From Acidobacteriota bacterium (GTDB lineage: Bacteria; Acidobacteriota; UBA6911), in contig OY761556.1 of NCBI GenBank assembly GCA_963664705.1, positions 6,784,001 through 6,848,000 on the forward strand: a DNA stretch of 64,000 nucleotides. The letters are read 5' to 3'. The notes below the pieces were generated by a model. That model was given only the letters and a program-made list of their open reading frames with translations, had not been told where the DNA came from and did no database searches. The first letter of the stretch is position 1, and each line of letters starts with the position of its first letter. Of this stretch, positions 38,930-49,082 are shown piece after piece. A program made the position numbers and the translations under genes.

Positions 38930-41644
38930 TTACCTGACCATTTTTTCAATGGCTTCCCTGAGTCGCAGCGTATCCTGCAGATAGGGATCTGCCGCATCAT
39001 CCGTCGATGGATGGATCGGTGGGCCGAAGGTAATCCTTACTTTGTGCGGCCGTATCCGCGCGCTGTCTCGCGGCCAGACATAATGGGTGCCCTGGATCGC
39101 TGTTGGCACAAGAGGGACTGACAGTTCTCTCGACAGTATGGCCGCGCCCTTTTTGAATTCCTGCAAAGTTTCATCGTATGACCGCCCGCCTTCGGGGAAA
39201 ATGCAGAGAATGCGTCCGCTTCTCAATCCATAGGCTCCTGCTTTCATGGCGCGCAGCAGATGCGCGTCCGGATCCACAGGAATGATATTGGTGATGCGGG
39301 CCACCAGTTTCATAAGCCGGCTGGTGAACATGGCGCTATAGCCGACGAAAAACATGCTTCGAAACACCCGGAACGGGAGGACGGAGATCAATACGAATGC
39401 ATCGAGGTAGCTTTGGTGATTAGGGCAAACCAGGTAAGGGCCTTTCGGCGGCAGTTGCGAAAGCCCGCGCACCTCGAGTCTCAGAAAGGTCTTGAACAGG
39501 AGGAAATAGAATAATCGTGCCAGCAGGTATTTGAACAGCGATACGAGCAGGCCGGAGGGCTGGAACGGTGCGGTCTCTGATTTGCCGAGCGAATCTTCGG
39601 ACAGGATCTTTTTCCAGCTCTGTCGATCCTGGGATCCGCCGGGCGCGATGACGCCGGCCTGGCGTTCGAGTTTTGTGATCAAATCCCTTATCGTGAGGAT
39701 GTCTGCGCCAAAATCGTCCGACAGCTGAAAATTGAGTGTCTGCTCGAGACTGGCGAGGAGTTCCACTTTCTCCATGGAGTCAAACCCCAGATCCAGTTCC
39801 AGGTTCATGTTCGGCTCGATCTGCACATCGCGATGATAGGTCTCGCGAATGCACTGAATGACTTCCTGTCCGACTGCGGAAGTCATCCGTTCCATGTCCT
39901 GCCGGCTGGCTGATGTCGGGGGCGGGGCGATTCCCGAGGATGAAAGCTGACCACTCTCCACCAGTTTTTTCAGTTCGAGCCGTTTGATTTTTCGGGTCGT
40001 GGTGCGCAGCAGAGGATCGCTTTGAACCTGGTAGCTCATGAGGCGTTTGTATTTCGGGAGCTGATTCGACAGTCCCGCGATCTCGTCGCGAATTGCTTCC
40101 CGTGTATTGGCAATTTTCCTGGATTTCAAATAATCAAAATTGGGGACGACGATGGCGTGAAGCCGCTCTCCGCGCTCCTGGGCGCTGGATACGCCGATTA
40201 CCGCAATCTCCTGAATGCAGGGGGATTGCGTATAATGCGCCTCGAGTTCGTCCGGGTAGATGTTTTTTCCGTTGGGGAGTACGATCACTTCCTTTTTTCG
40301 GCCAGTGACGAAAATATTTCCCTTTGCGTCGATGCGTCCCAGGTCGCCAGAGTGAAACCATCCATCCTTCATTGCTTCGTTGGTAGCCGCCTGGTTTTTG
40401 TAATACCCTCGCATGACCATCGGACCGCGTATCACAATTTCGCCAGTCCCGGTTTCGTCGGGTGAGATGATTTTTACTTCGGTCCCGGGCAGTGCCGGCC
40501 CCACCGATCCCACCATGTTATTTTCCACTCGCGTGACGGCGCATGCCCCGGTGGTTTCGGTCAATCCGTAGCCCTGAAGAATTGTGAAGCCCATGTCATG
40601 GAAGTCCTGGGCAACCCGTGGGTCGAATGCGGACCCGCCGCTGACGAAAAGGCGGAGCCTGGGGCCGAAGCTGTGGTGGATTTTGGCAAACAGGAGCCGG
40701 CCCAGGTTGATTCGGAGAAAGCGCATGCTGAATCTGTTCAGGCGCAGCATGCCTTTGTAGAGTTTGCGAACCCGTGGAGGCTGTTTCGCAAGCTCCTCTT
40801 CAATCCTGTTGTGAAACAGGTAGAAGAATTGCGGGACGGTGGCCAGAATGCTGATGCCGGCTTCCTCGAGCGCCTGGAGAATCTCGGAACGCTTCAGCGT
40901 GTCCGCGAAAACAACCTGTCCGCCGTGGTAGAGCGGTACCAGCACGTTGATCACCGAGGCCAGTACGTGTTGAAGCGGGAGCAGGCAAAGCAGCGCATCG
41001 TGTTGATCCACGCGGATGGCCCGGAAGATGGACTGCAGTTCTCCCATGATGTTGGACTGCGTCAGCATCACGCCCTTCGGATTTCCGGTTGTTCCGGAGG
41101 TGTAAATAATGGTGACCGTGTCTGCGGGCTGGACTTCCGGGAGCGCGGGAGGGGCGTTGAGCCCGGATGCCCAGTCGATGAGTCCGGCGAGTTCTGATCG
41201 AGCGTCCCGGTCTCCGGCTACGGGATCAAAGGAAATAACGCGTCGCGGAGGACGGGAATCCTTCAGCGCTTCATGGAGCTTGGCCGCAAGGGATCCGCTG
41301 ACAAAGACGACATGCGTTTCCGAATCATCCAGCAGACGCCTCCACTCCGCCGGGGAGATCTGGGTGTCAAGCGGAACGGCCACCATGCCCGACAGATAGA
41401 TTCCGAGGTAGGCAATTACCCATTCCGGGCGATTTTCGGACTGGATGGCCACGCGACTGCCGAGTTTCAGATCCAGTGCCAGCAATCCCTGTGCGACCGA
41501 CAGGGCTTGCCGGTGTGCTTCCTTGTAGGAGACCGTCGGATAGCCTTGTGGAGTTTTCAGCCGGAAGGCAATTCGGTCCGGAAACTGCAGGACGATTTTC
41601 TCAAATTGCTCGTTAAAGGTTCGTGGAGCGTCTTGTGCCTTCAA
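38930..41644 (-). CDS. Long-chain acyl-CoA synthetase fused to ACP and a PlsC-type acyltransferase
   Basis: YTSGTTGNPKG, GYGLTET, SGDLG; phosphopantetheine site LGFDSM; NHQSYLD and FPEG. Confidence 0.9.
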   Translation of the reverse strand: MKAQDAPRTFNEQFEKIVLQFPDRIAFRLKTPQGYPTVSYKEAHRQALSVAQGLLALDLKLGSRVAIQSENRPEWVIAYLGIYLSGMVAVPLDTQISPAEWRRLLDDSETHVVFVSGSLAAKLHEALKDSRPPRRVISFDPVAGDRDARSELAGLIDWASGLNAPPALPEVQPADTVTIIYTSGTTGNPKGVMLTQSNIMGELQSIFRAIRVDQHDALLCLLPLQHVLASVINVLVPLYHGGQVVFADTLKRSEILQALEEAGISILATVPQFFYLFHNRIEEELAKQPPRVRKLYKGMLRLNRFSMRFLRINLGRLLFAKIHHSFGPRLRLFVSGGSAFDPRVAQDFHDMGFTILQGYGLTETTGACAVTRVENNMVGSVGPALPGTEVKIISPDETGTGEIVIRGPMVMRGYYKNQAATNEAMKDGWFHSGDLGRIDAKGNIFVTGRKKEVIVLPNGKNIYPDELEAHYTQSPCIQEIAVIGVSSAQERGERLHAIVVPNFDYLKSRKIANTREAIRDEIAGLSNQLPKYKRLMSYQVQSDPLLRTTTRKIKRLELKKLVESGQLSSSGIAPPPTSASRQDMERMTSAVGQEVIQCIRETYHRDVQIEPNMNLELDLGFDSMEKVELLASLEQTLNFQLSDDFGADILTIRDLITKLERQAGVIAPGGSQDRQSWKKILSEDSLGKSETAPFQPSGLLVSLFKYLLARLFYFLLFKTFLRLEVRGLSQLPPKGPYLVCPNHQSYLDAFVLISVLPFRVFRSMFFVGYSAMFTSRLMKLVARITNIIPVDPDAHLLRAMKAGAYGLRSGRILCIFPEGGRSYDETLQEFKKGAAILSRELSVPLVPTAIQGTHYVWPRDSARIRPHKVRITFGPPIHPSTDDAADPYLQDTLRLREAIEKMVR

Positions 41645-41694
41645 TTGAACTCACATTTTCTGCGGAAACCTGCCACGACTCTTGTGAATTGCCG

Positions 41695-42174
41695 CTACTC
41701 GTCGAGTTCCCGCAGTTCCTTTTCGATGATGTCATCATAGCGGGACTCCGGCCCTGGCAACGGCGCGGGGGCCGCCGGCGCGGGCGCCGGGGATTTTAAT
41801 TTCTTCAAAAGCAGAAAGAGGATCCACAATCCTATCGGCAGTGCCGCCCAGGGAAGAAGGTAGACAAGCGTGTTGAAACCCTTGGCTCTCGGCGTTGCGA
41901 GGATGCGTTCGCCGTAGCGCGCCACGAAGACATTCAGAATTTCATCGCGGCTCTTACCGGAGGCGACCATGCTGGCCACTTCAGTGCGAATCTGCTGGGC
42001 AACTTCCGAATCGTGCTCCGAGACGGGCTGGGACCAGCAGCACGGGGCGATCAGTTGATCTTCGATGGCTCGTACCTCATCGACAGCCTTTGCCATGCAC
42101 GGAGCCAGGGCCAGCGCGAACATGGCCAAACCCCAAAATGTGACGATTCTTGGTAGACTGGTCTGATACTTCAT
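41695..42174 (-). CDS. ccmH: Cytochrome c biogenesis protein CcmH/CcmL-like
   Basis: LIAPCCWSQ redox-site variant; FVARYGERILATP; C-terminal TM. Confidence 0.8.
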   Translation of the reverse strand: MKYQTSLPRIVTFWGLAMFALALAPCMAKAVDEVRAIEDQLIAPCCWSQPVSEHDSEVAQQIRTEVASMVASGKSRDEILNVFVARYGERILATPRAKGFNTLVYLLPWAALPIGLWILFLLLKKLKSPAPAPAAPAPLPGPESRYDDIIEKELRELDE

Positions 42175-42183
42175 TGCAACGTG

Positions 42184-42693
42184 TTACTCCTTTTTCGTGA
42201 AACGCCACCTGCAATAGCCATCCCCGACCGCATCGGGCGGACAAGCGAGGCATTCGGTTTCGATCGCCGGATCGATTGTTCTCGCGAATCCGGGAAAATG
42301 GATGATGGCAACCTGTTTGCAGGGGAAGTCCTGCAGTCCTTTGCGGCGCCGGGCGAGCTGAACCCTGCATTCAACCATGTGCAGTTCCAGCGTATCCTTG
42401 GCCGTCCAGACAACGGACTGTTTGTTGGCGAGGGCATACATCCTCAATTTCAGCGCTGATTCCAGAGCGGTAAGCCCGCCATTATCCGGCAATCCGAATG
42501 CTTCCTTGATGCGGGATGCCTCGATGGGAGCAAAGCGCTCCCAGGCCGCGGCATCCAGCTGCATAGCCGTTTCAAGATCATACTTTTCTTCTGCCGCCAG
42601 GAACCAGCAACCATCATGGGCCGACCAGTTTTTAGCGTACACTTCCAACAGCTTCAGGAGTTCCTGGCGCGACAGGTCCGAAATTTCCAGCAT
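42184..42693 (-). CDS. DUF6125-like protein (V4R/ThiS-oxidase-like, Cys-rich C-terminus)
   Basis: KNWSAHDGCWF, CRVQLARRRKGL, FPCK, CLACPPD, CRWRF. Confidence 0.7.
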   Translation of the reverse strand: MLEISDLSRQELLKLLEVYAKNWSAHDGCWFLAAEEKYDLETAMQLDAAAWERFAPIEASRIKEAFGLPDNGGLTALESALKLRMYALANKQSVVWTAKDTLELHMVECRVQLARRRKGLQDFPCKQVAIIHFPGFARTIDPAIETECLACPPDAVGDGYCRWRFTKKE

Positions 42694-42749
42694 GTATATA
42701 ACCTCACCTCTACGAGTTTACCTTGAAAAGCGGGGGGAGTCACCCCTCT

Positions 42750-42890
42750 GCTGCAGACCGCAGCGCCAGTGTCCCGGCTGATTGCCGCATGGGTCGGGAG
42801 AAACGATCGGACCCTTTAGGCCGGTTGACGTACTCGCGCCACAAGCCTCGAACAAAAACGATGCGCCATCCGGCGCTCCCGGCAGACGTT
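42750..42890. repeat. Degenerate REP-like inverted pair
   Basis: CGCCAGTGTCCCGGCTG ... CCGGCGCTCCCGGCAGAC resembles the outer REP units at 23.3, 31.5 and 53.6 kb. Confidence 0.45.
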
Positions 42891-42918
42891 CAGCCTCATC
42901 CGTGTAAAGCCCCTGCGT

Positions 42919-45504
42919 CTAGCTGATGGGCCAGAGTTCATCCGGAGTTCTCAGGCGCGGTACATTGGTGGCTGCGTCCGGAGATGAAGGCTGGCCCGGG
43001 CGCGACGTCCAGACATCGGGCGTCTTGGGCAGGACCGGTTTTGCCTGGATAGCCTCTTTCGCTTCCTTTGGATTTGACCCGCCTCCCGAACCGGCGCTGC
43101 CGCCGCTATTGATATATACCATCGTGCCCGATATGGAGACGCCGGCGGAGCCGATGTCCACGAAGTTGCCGCCCACTTTAAGACTGATCTGAGCCCCGGC
43201 CTCCAGAATGATTTTTGTGCCGGCCTTCAGGTGAATATCTCCCGCAGACAGTGCATGACTTCCGGTGACGCTTTCCTGCTGATTGCCTTTGATGATCAGG
43301 TTCTGGTCGAGCTTGATTCTCTCATAGCGGTCTCCTTCAACGACATGGTGGCAGTCTCCCCCCACCGTTTCCCGCTTATCGCCTGTGATTGATAAATCCA
43401 GGCTTCCTGGCCCAGGATCGTAGGGATCGGCGCCGCGAACATAATTCTGCCGGCTGCCTCCGATCAGGAGTTCCATTTTTCCGGCGACATGCTCAAAGTG
43501 ATCCCGCAGAGTAACGGCATGCTTGTCTCTGCAGACTGCTTCGAACTGGTCGCCCTGCATCACCTTCTTGTCCGGATCGATCATTCCCACCACGATGTGG
43601 CGCTCGTTGCCGATCCATTCCTTGTCGTCATGCCGGATCAGGCTGTCTCTATCGCGTTGGGCGTGCCAGAAGATCTGCTCTTTGTCCTTCCGGTCGTTGA
43701 AGCGGAGTTCGTTGAATCCCTCGCCATTCTGGGTGCTGCACGTCTTGATACCGCTCACAGTCGGGTCATGAGGCAGTTCATTATCCGGCCCATCGCCGAT
43801 ATAGGGCGGCATTTGTTCGTAGTTGTACACGCTCCCGATAATGATCGGGCGATCAGGGTCGCCTTCCAGGAACGCAACCACGACCTCTTGTCCAATGCGG
43901 GGCCAGAAGTAGGCTCCCCAGCGCTTGCCGGCCCATATTTGCGCCACGCGGATCCAGCAGCTTGCATTTTCCGGATGCGGGAGCGCGTCGCGGTCCCAGT
44001 GAAACTGCACTCTCACGCGACCGTATTTATCCACCCAGATTTCTTCTTTTTGTTTGCCGACAACGGTTGCGGTCTGGAGTCCATGAATCACCGCCCTGGC
44101 GGTCTTGCGCGGCGGGCGATAGGTCCAGCTTGCCGGGATGCAGGTGAATTTGTTTTTATACGGGCCGCCCTTCTGGGCGACCGCTTCGTTTTCTTCGCTG
44201 GATCGATAGTTGGCGGCTTGAACGATGGAATGCTCTACGGAAGTCAGGATGTAGCGCCCATTTGTCGGCTTGTGCTTGTGTTCGGTCATATCGAAATAGA
44301 ATCCGGCGGAAAACGCTCCTTCCCGGGAGATACCGCTAATGATCCAATGCGGCGTTTCTTCACTCTCCATATACACGCGAACCTGCTTCTTGCCTTCCTG
44401 TTCAACCTGGTCGAGCCTTGCGGCGGGCTTGTTGCAGAATTTTGCATAGTCGCCGGGGTAGTCGTAAATCTCCAACTTGTCTTTGTCGCCTACCGTAACG
44501 CGCGTCAGTTCGGAGACCTCCAGGGTTTTGCGGGGCATTTCAAAATGTCGATCGCGCAGAGTGACGCGGCCGGGCCGGATTTGCTGCAGCACCTGAAATA
44601 CCTTGACGCCGTGTTGTTCAGGCATCTTACGCTGAATGGCTTTGATAAGCTGGGTAATGATGGTTTCCAGAATAAACTGTACGCCGCCAAAGAGCCCCGT
44701 CGTGAGTGTTTTCAGTACGCCATCCTTCAGTGTGGACAGGACGTCCGTCTCCGCTTGCTTGACCGTGCTTTTGCCTTCGTTCTGGAGCAGGCCGAGCCCC
44801 TTGGTGGCGGCCTTGATAACGAGGCTGTCCTCCGGCGGCTGCCATTGTTCTCCTTCGTCTCCGAAGAATGGAGCTTTGCTGTCGATCGGGCAGGGAGCGT
44901 GAGCCGCGGCGGCGTCGCCGAAAATCAACGTATGCTTGCCCTGTTCATGTTTGAAATAATAAAAGATGCCTTCCTCTTCCATAAGGCGGGAGACGAAGGC
45001 AAGGTCTGTTTCGCGGTATTGGACGCAATAATCGCGGGTGCGGTACTGGCCGGCGCTGGTCTTATCGTGATAGGCGACAAATCCCGGGTATTCGCTTTTC
45101 CAGAAATCGAATATACGTTTGATGATGTCGACCGCTGTCAGATCCTGAAAGATGCGGCAATTGGCGCGGTGGGACAGCAGGGCCAGCCAGGGAACCAATT
45201 CGAGGCTGTAAAAAGCGTTGTCGCTCTCATGTTTTGTTTTGCCGAAACGATCGACGATGCCGTGGAAGTATCGAATATTGCGCTTTCCCTGGTCGCTGTC
45301 ATCATACAGCTCCAGTCCGACCGTGACCCCTTTGCCGATGATGTTGTTCGGGTCGATCGCCTTATTTTCGGATCGCGCATCGATTTGAAATCGGTAGATA
45401 TCCGAAATGGTTTCCACCCCGGTGAACTCGTTGATCAGCAGCACGTTTTCGCCCAGGGGCGTTTCAAGTTCGAGAATTCGGTCCTTTTGCTTTGTGTCGT
45501 ACAT
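42919..45504 (-). CDS. vgrG: Type VI secretion spike protein VgrG/TssI (orphan)
   Basis: RIFQ, YCVQYRETDLAFVSRLMEEEGIFYYF, YDYPG, DKYGRVRVQFHWDR, PRIGQEVVVAFLEGDPDRP, NELRF; gp5-like repeats. Confidence 0.95.
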   Translation of the reverse strand: MYDTKQKDRILELETPLGENVLLINEFTGVETISDIYRFQIDARSENKAIDPNNIIGKGVTVGLELYDDSDQGKRNIRYFHGIVDRFGKTKHESDNAFYSLELVPWLALLSHRANCRIFQDLTAVDIIKRIFDFWKSEYPGFVAYHDKTSAGQYRTRDYCVQYRETDLAFVSRLMEEEGIFYYFKHEQGKHTLIFGDAAAAHAPCPIDSKAPFFGDEGEQWQPPEDSLVIKAATKGLGLLQNEGKSTVKQAETDVLSTLKDGVLKTLTTGLFGGVQFILETIITQLIKAIQRKMPEQHGVKVFQVLQQIRPGRVTLRDRHFEMPRKTLEVSELTRVTVGDKDKLEIYDYPGDYAKFCNKPAARLDQVEQEGKKQVRVYMESEETPHWIISGISREGAFSAGFYFDMTEHKHKPTNGRYILTSVEHSIVQAANYRSSEENEAVAQKGGPYKNKFTCIPASWTYRPPRKTARAVIHGLQTATVVGKQKEEIWVDKYGRVRVQFHWDRDALPHPENASCWIRVAQIWAGKRWGAYFWPRIGQEVVVAFLEGDPDRPIIIGSVYNYEQMPPYIGDGPDNELPHDPTVSGIKTCSTQNGEGFNELRFNDRKDKEQIFWHAQRDRDSLIRHDDKEWIGNERHIVVGMIDPDKKVMQGDQFEAVCRDKHAVTLRDHFEHVAGKMELLIGGSRQNYVRGADPYDPGPGSLDLSITGDKRETVGGDCHHVVEGDRYERIKLDQNLIIKGNQQESVTGSHALSAGDIHLKAGTKIILEAGAQISLKVGGNFVDIGSAGVSISGTMVYINSGGSAGSGGGSNPKEAKEAIQAKPVLPKTPDVWTSRPGQPSSPDAATNVPRLRTPDELWPIS

Positions 45505-45840
45505 GCGCGCCGCCTTTCCACCATATAGGACTGGGATGCCGACGATTAAGACACGGACCGGTCTTCCGCATCAAGCATAAATTGGACCTTCATCCCGCTC
45601 GAATGAAAATGGTGTGCAAACCGAATCATGCCTGGTCGTTTGGATAAGGAGATCATTCTCCTCCTGGTCATTTCCTACTCCTTGTTTTATTGATTTGGCC
45701 TGTTGGAGTTTTTCTAAAATCAAAATTGTTAACTGGTTCGTATAGAAAGTGGGTTTTCGGTGAAGCGTTGGCTGTTTTATGAAGAGAAGTTGACGAACAT
45801 CCTTTTGGGATCGTAGATGACCGATAAGCGGAGATCGAGA

Positions 45841-46101
45841 ATGAAACGCAACCACATCGCCCCTCTGTTGCTTCTTTTGATTGCCGTACTGTTAGCCTCC
45901 AGCATCGTTATTTCTCTTTTACGACCGGTTGGAGCACGCGCCGAAACATATCAGTACAAAGTGGAGCCGATGATCGCTCCTTCCTCCGCAAGCGAGATGG
46001 AACTCCAAATAAGGAAACATGCCGAGAAGGGATGGGAGCTTCTGGCGGTCCATTCGCCTGCCAGTCACGGAGGGCAAATTTATATGATTTTCAAGAAATA
46101 G
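45841..46101 (+). CDS. Small exported/membrane protein, DUF4177-like
   Basis: N-terminal hydrophobic segment; YQYKV...KGWELLAV...MIFKK. Confidence 0.65.
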   Translation: MKRNHIAPLLLLLIAVLLASSIVISLLRPVGARAETYQYKVEPMIAPSSASEMELQIRKHAEKGWELLAVHSPASHGGQIYMIFKK

Positions 46102-46212
46102 CTCGGGCTGTCCGGTAGACAAAACGAAACGGCTGCTGGTTTTGGAGGGTAGTTCATCTATGCCGATTTGCCTTTCCAGGACACCGTTTCAGGGGAGCTT
46201 CGTGGAAATGCT

Positions 46213-47544
46213 TCACCTGTCCACAGAAGGCCCCCACGCCGGAGCGCTATTCTTTCCTCGATTGGTGATCATGCGAATCTCAGGGGAATCCGCTCCAACC
46301 TGCATGATGTAGATCTGGCTGCTGCCGGTTCGATCTGATTCGAAAGCGATATGACGGCTATCCGGAGCCCACGAGGGATTCACATTATTTCCGGACAAGC
46401 TGGTTAACTGACTGATTCTGCCGCTGCTCACCTCCGCGAGGTAGATGTCAAACAGTCCTGTTCTTCGAGGTTTCCAGTGAAACGCGACCCACTTGCCGTC
46501 CGGAGCCCACGATGGTGAATCGGCTTCGCCACGCTCCTTCAACAAACGCCTGACATTTGTGCCATCGGCATCGCATATGTAGAGCTGGAGAGAATCGTCT
46601 TCACGTTTGGAAGCAAATGCAATCTGTCTGCCTGAAGGAGCCCAGGTTGGAGATGTGTCATCCGCGGGATTGTTTGTGATATTTGTTTGGTCTGATCCAT
46701 CCAATTTCGAAACATAGATGTCCAAACCATGCTGCGGAGTTCTCAGTGCGAACGCAATGCGGGTTCCATCGGGTGAAAAAGACGGCGTTGATGCGGTGCT
46801 ATTGAAAGTTGGAAATGGAAGGCGAGCCCCGTCTACAAAGGAATAAATATTAAGCTCCCATGGATGAGAACGATCGCTTATGAATGCAATTTTCGAATTG
46901 TCCCAAGACCAGGCCGGGAACAAGTTCATCGCGCCATTGTTGATGAACGCCCTGGGGCCATGCCCATCATAATCCATTGTGTGAATTTCCTTTTGGGCGC
47001 CGTGCTGAGACGTGAATGCTATTTTGGTCGATGCAATGCCACGGGAGGCTCCTGCGGTGAGAATGAAAACCAACTCGTCTGCCCAGCGGTGCGCAACAGC
47101 GCGAATGTCTCCGGATATTTCACGCTCGAATCCCAAAGCATGCCGCTTCATATCCACAAGCTGAAAATGGACCGATACAGTTTCCTTATTTATCTGCTTG
47201 AGGGTTCCCGCGCTGAGATAGCTGACCTTCAAATCGCGCCACGCATCGTAGCCCACATCTCGCCAATTTCCGATGATTTGTGGCGGATAAAAGCTCCTGC
47301 CCGGAAGCGCGAAATATCCTGAAAACTTGAGGTCGTCCCATAGCACCTGATTCAGCATTTCCGAGAGCGCTGCGGACTCCGTCGTTGGCGGAAGGCTCAC
47401 AATATCGGGCAGTGCAAGCACAATATCTTCTTGCGGAGTAGGTCGGATGAGCACACGCGACTCTTGACCGGGCACTATGGATACAATGCATAGCGTTAGC
47501 AGGGAGAGGCAGGTCAGTAATCTAATCAGCATGTGGTTTCTCAC
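46213..47544 (-). CDS. tolB: TolB-like protein (N-terminal domain plus PD40 beta-propeller)
   Basis: DDLKFSGYF, AHRWADE, TKIAF, MDYDG; repeated P(S/A/T)W(S/A)PDG..IAF units. Confidence 0.8.
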   Translation of the reverse strand: MRNHMLIRLLTCLSLLTLCIVSIVPGQESRVLIRPTPQEDIVLALPDIVSLPPTTESAALSEMLNQVLWDDLKFSGYFALPGRSFYPPQIIGNWRDVGYDAWRDLKVSYLSAGTLKQINKETVSVHFQLVDMKRHALGFEREISGDIRAVAHRWADELVFILTAGASRGIASTKIAFTSQHGAQKEIHTMDYDGHGPRAFINNGAMNLFPAWSWDNSKIAFISDRSHPWELNIYSFVDGARLPFPTFNSTASTPSFSPDGTRIAFALRTPQHGLDIYVSKLDGSDQTNITNNPADDTSPTWAPSGRQIAFASKREDDSLQLYICDADGTNVRRLLKERGEADSPSWAPDGKWVAFHWKPRRTGLFDIYLAEVSSGRISQLTSLSGNNVNPSWAPDSRHIAFESDRTGSSQIYIMQVGADSPEIRMITNRGKNSAPAWGPSVDR

Positions 47545-47634
47545 GAGCAGGAGCCGGATTTATTCGCGCATTATATCCTCAACAGAAAACGACAGAGCTT
47601 GCTGGCGCACAAAGCAAGTTGCTGCCGGGGCCCT

Positions 47635-48150
47635 TCAGCGCATCAGGTCGAGGGGTTGGGGAAGCGTGGCCAGGAGTTCAAGCGAGAAATCCGCGTCGAT
47701 GTGGAAGAAGACCATGCGTGTAAGCCTGTCGGATCTATTCTCCCAGGCATGATTGGTTCCACGCTGAACAACCAGGTCCCCCTGCTTGAGGACAACTTCG
47801 CTGTCCTCAAGAATGAGGACGATTTCGCCCTCAATGACCACGGCATAATCGAGCGTCTTGGTACGATGCATCGCCGTACGTTTGCCGCCGTCCTTGGCAG
47901 GGTAAACATCCAGGATCCGAATAAGGTGCCCCGTGGCCGGCATGATTGTGAATGCTTTTTCGGTCGGCTCAAGGTCCGGCACAGACGTGAGCATTGGAAC
48001 CGGATTGGAGTCTCCCCACATTTCAAAGAAATCGGTGCCGATCGCCGAAACTTTCATCTCATGGTTTTGCGGAGGCAGGCCATCGGATATGACAATTGAC
48101 TTTCCATTTTCGTCATGACCCGTTACCACTCGTCTGGGGAAAACTTTCAT
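47635..48150 (-). CDS. Cupin domain protein
   Basis: RRVVTGHDENGKS, MHRTKTLDY, GDLVVQRGTNHAWENRS. Confidence 0.88.
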   Translation of the reverse strand: MKVFPRRVVTGHDENGKSIVISDGLPPQNHEMKVSAIGTDFFEMWGDSNPVPMLTSVPDLEPTEKAFTIMPATGHLIRILDVYPAKDGGKRTAMHRTKTLDYAVVIEGEIVLILEDSEVVLKQGDLVVQRGTNHAWENRSDRLTRMVFFHIDADFSLELLATLPQPLDLMR

Positions 48151-48253
48151 CGAAATCTCCTTTTTGATTTTGTTTCTTTGGCAGCTAATGCCTTGCCTGG
48201 GATTCCGCCAACGCATTTGTTGGGACTGAGCCTTGGATAGCGAAGGTCAAACT

Positions 48254-48835
48254 CTATTCGGGACGCGGAGAGAGGTTTCGACTTCGCATTTCCTCGGAAT
48301 AGGCGCGCTTCATGCGCGCTACCCGGTCAAGCAACCCGGCGCAGAAGACTCTCGGGTCGAGAACTTTTAACGCTTCATTCGACAAAATCGCCAGTTGGGC
48401 TCGCCATTCGGATTCGTATTCCTCGTTGACAACATCCCGGTCGAGGATGGCGGCAGCGTGCGGCCCATACATTGTAGGGACCATTACTCCCACGAGTTCC
48501 TTCCCCGATTCCTCGTCTTCCGTCGTCTTCATTTCATTGGGAATACCGAAGACTTCCAGTGCGGCCCGCGATTTTGCGATCTTTTCCGCAGCCCCGCCTC
48601 CGGGTACGTCCACGAACGAGCAAATACAAATGCCTCCGTTCGACCAGTCCGGCTTTACATCGTAATCCGCTATGGGTCCAGCCGCGGGGGATGGCTCGTG
48701 CAATCCTCGATCGGCTACTTCGGTATCGTAGGCCCCCTGCGCTGCCCTGGTCAGCTCATCGCGATCAATAGCGAGCAGTTCATCGTCAGATAAAGAAGCG
48801 TAATGGCGCTTTAGTTCGCGGAAACTGATCTCCAT
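48254..48835 (-). CDS. Hypothetical protein
   Basis: MEISFRELKRHYASLSDDELL...; GGAGG RBS; internal repeat LSDDEL/LSNEAL with E..RGL/E..RNL. Confidence 0.6.
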   Translation of the reverse strand: MEISFRELKRHYASLSDDELLAIDRDELTRAAQGAYDTEVADRGLHEPSPAAGPIADYDVKPDWSNGGICICSFVDVPGGGAAEKIAKSRAALEVFGIPNEMKTTEDEESGKELVGVMVPTMYGPHAAAILDRDVVNEEYESEWRAQLAILSNEALKVLDPRVFCAGLLDRVARMKRAYSEEMRSRNLSPRPE

Positions 48836-49082
48836 AGATCCTCCAGAAAGGCAAAACGGATTTGCGGATTCCAAACCAGTGGAATTCGCGAAATTCGTGG
48901 CGCTTTGTGATTCCAATACTCTTCTGGAGTGACAGCCTAATACAAAACGGGTGCAAAAATGCAGAAATTTGCAGGAAGCTCTCGCTTCAAAATGATAGGG
49001 GGGCGATGTTCGGAAAAGGGCCGTCATGGATCGGGGCATTTGCCCGGAGCCATGACGGTCCTTGGTTGTATTGCAGATTTCC

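Noticed and set aside
43489-45528. 679-aa plus-strand ORF
   Set aside because: Antisense shadow of vgrG with no recognisable motifs; expected from codon bias.
45573-45590. GG-N10-GC upstream of vgrG as a sigma-54 promoter
   Set aside because: Poor match to TGGCAC at -24; could be chance.
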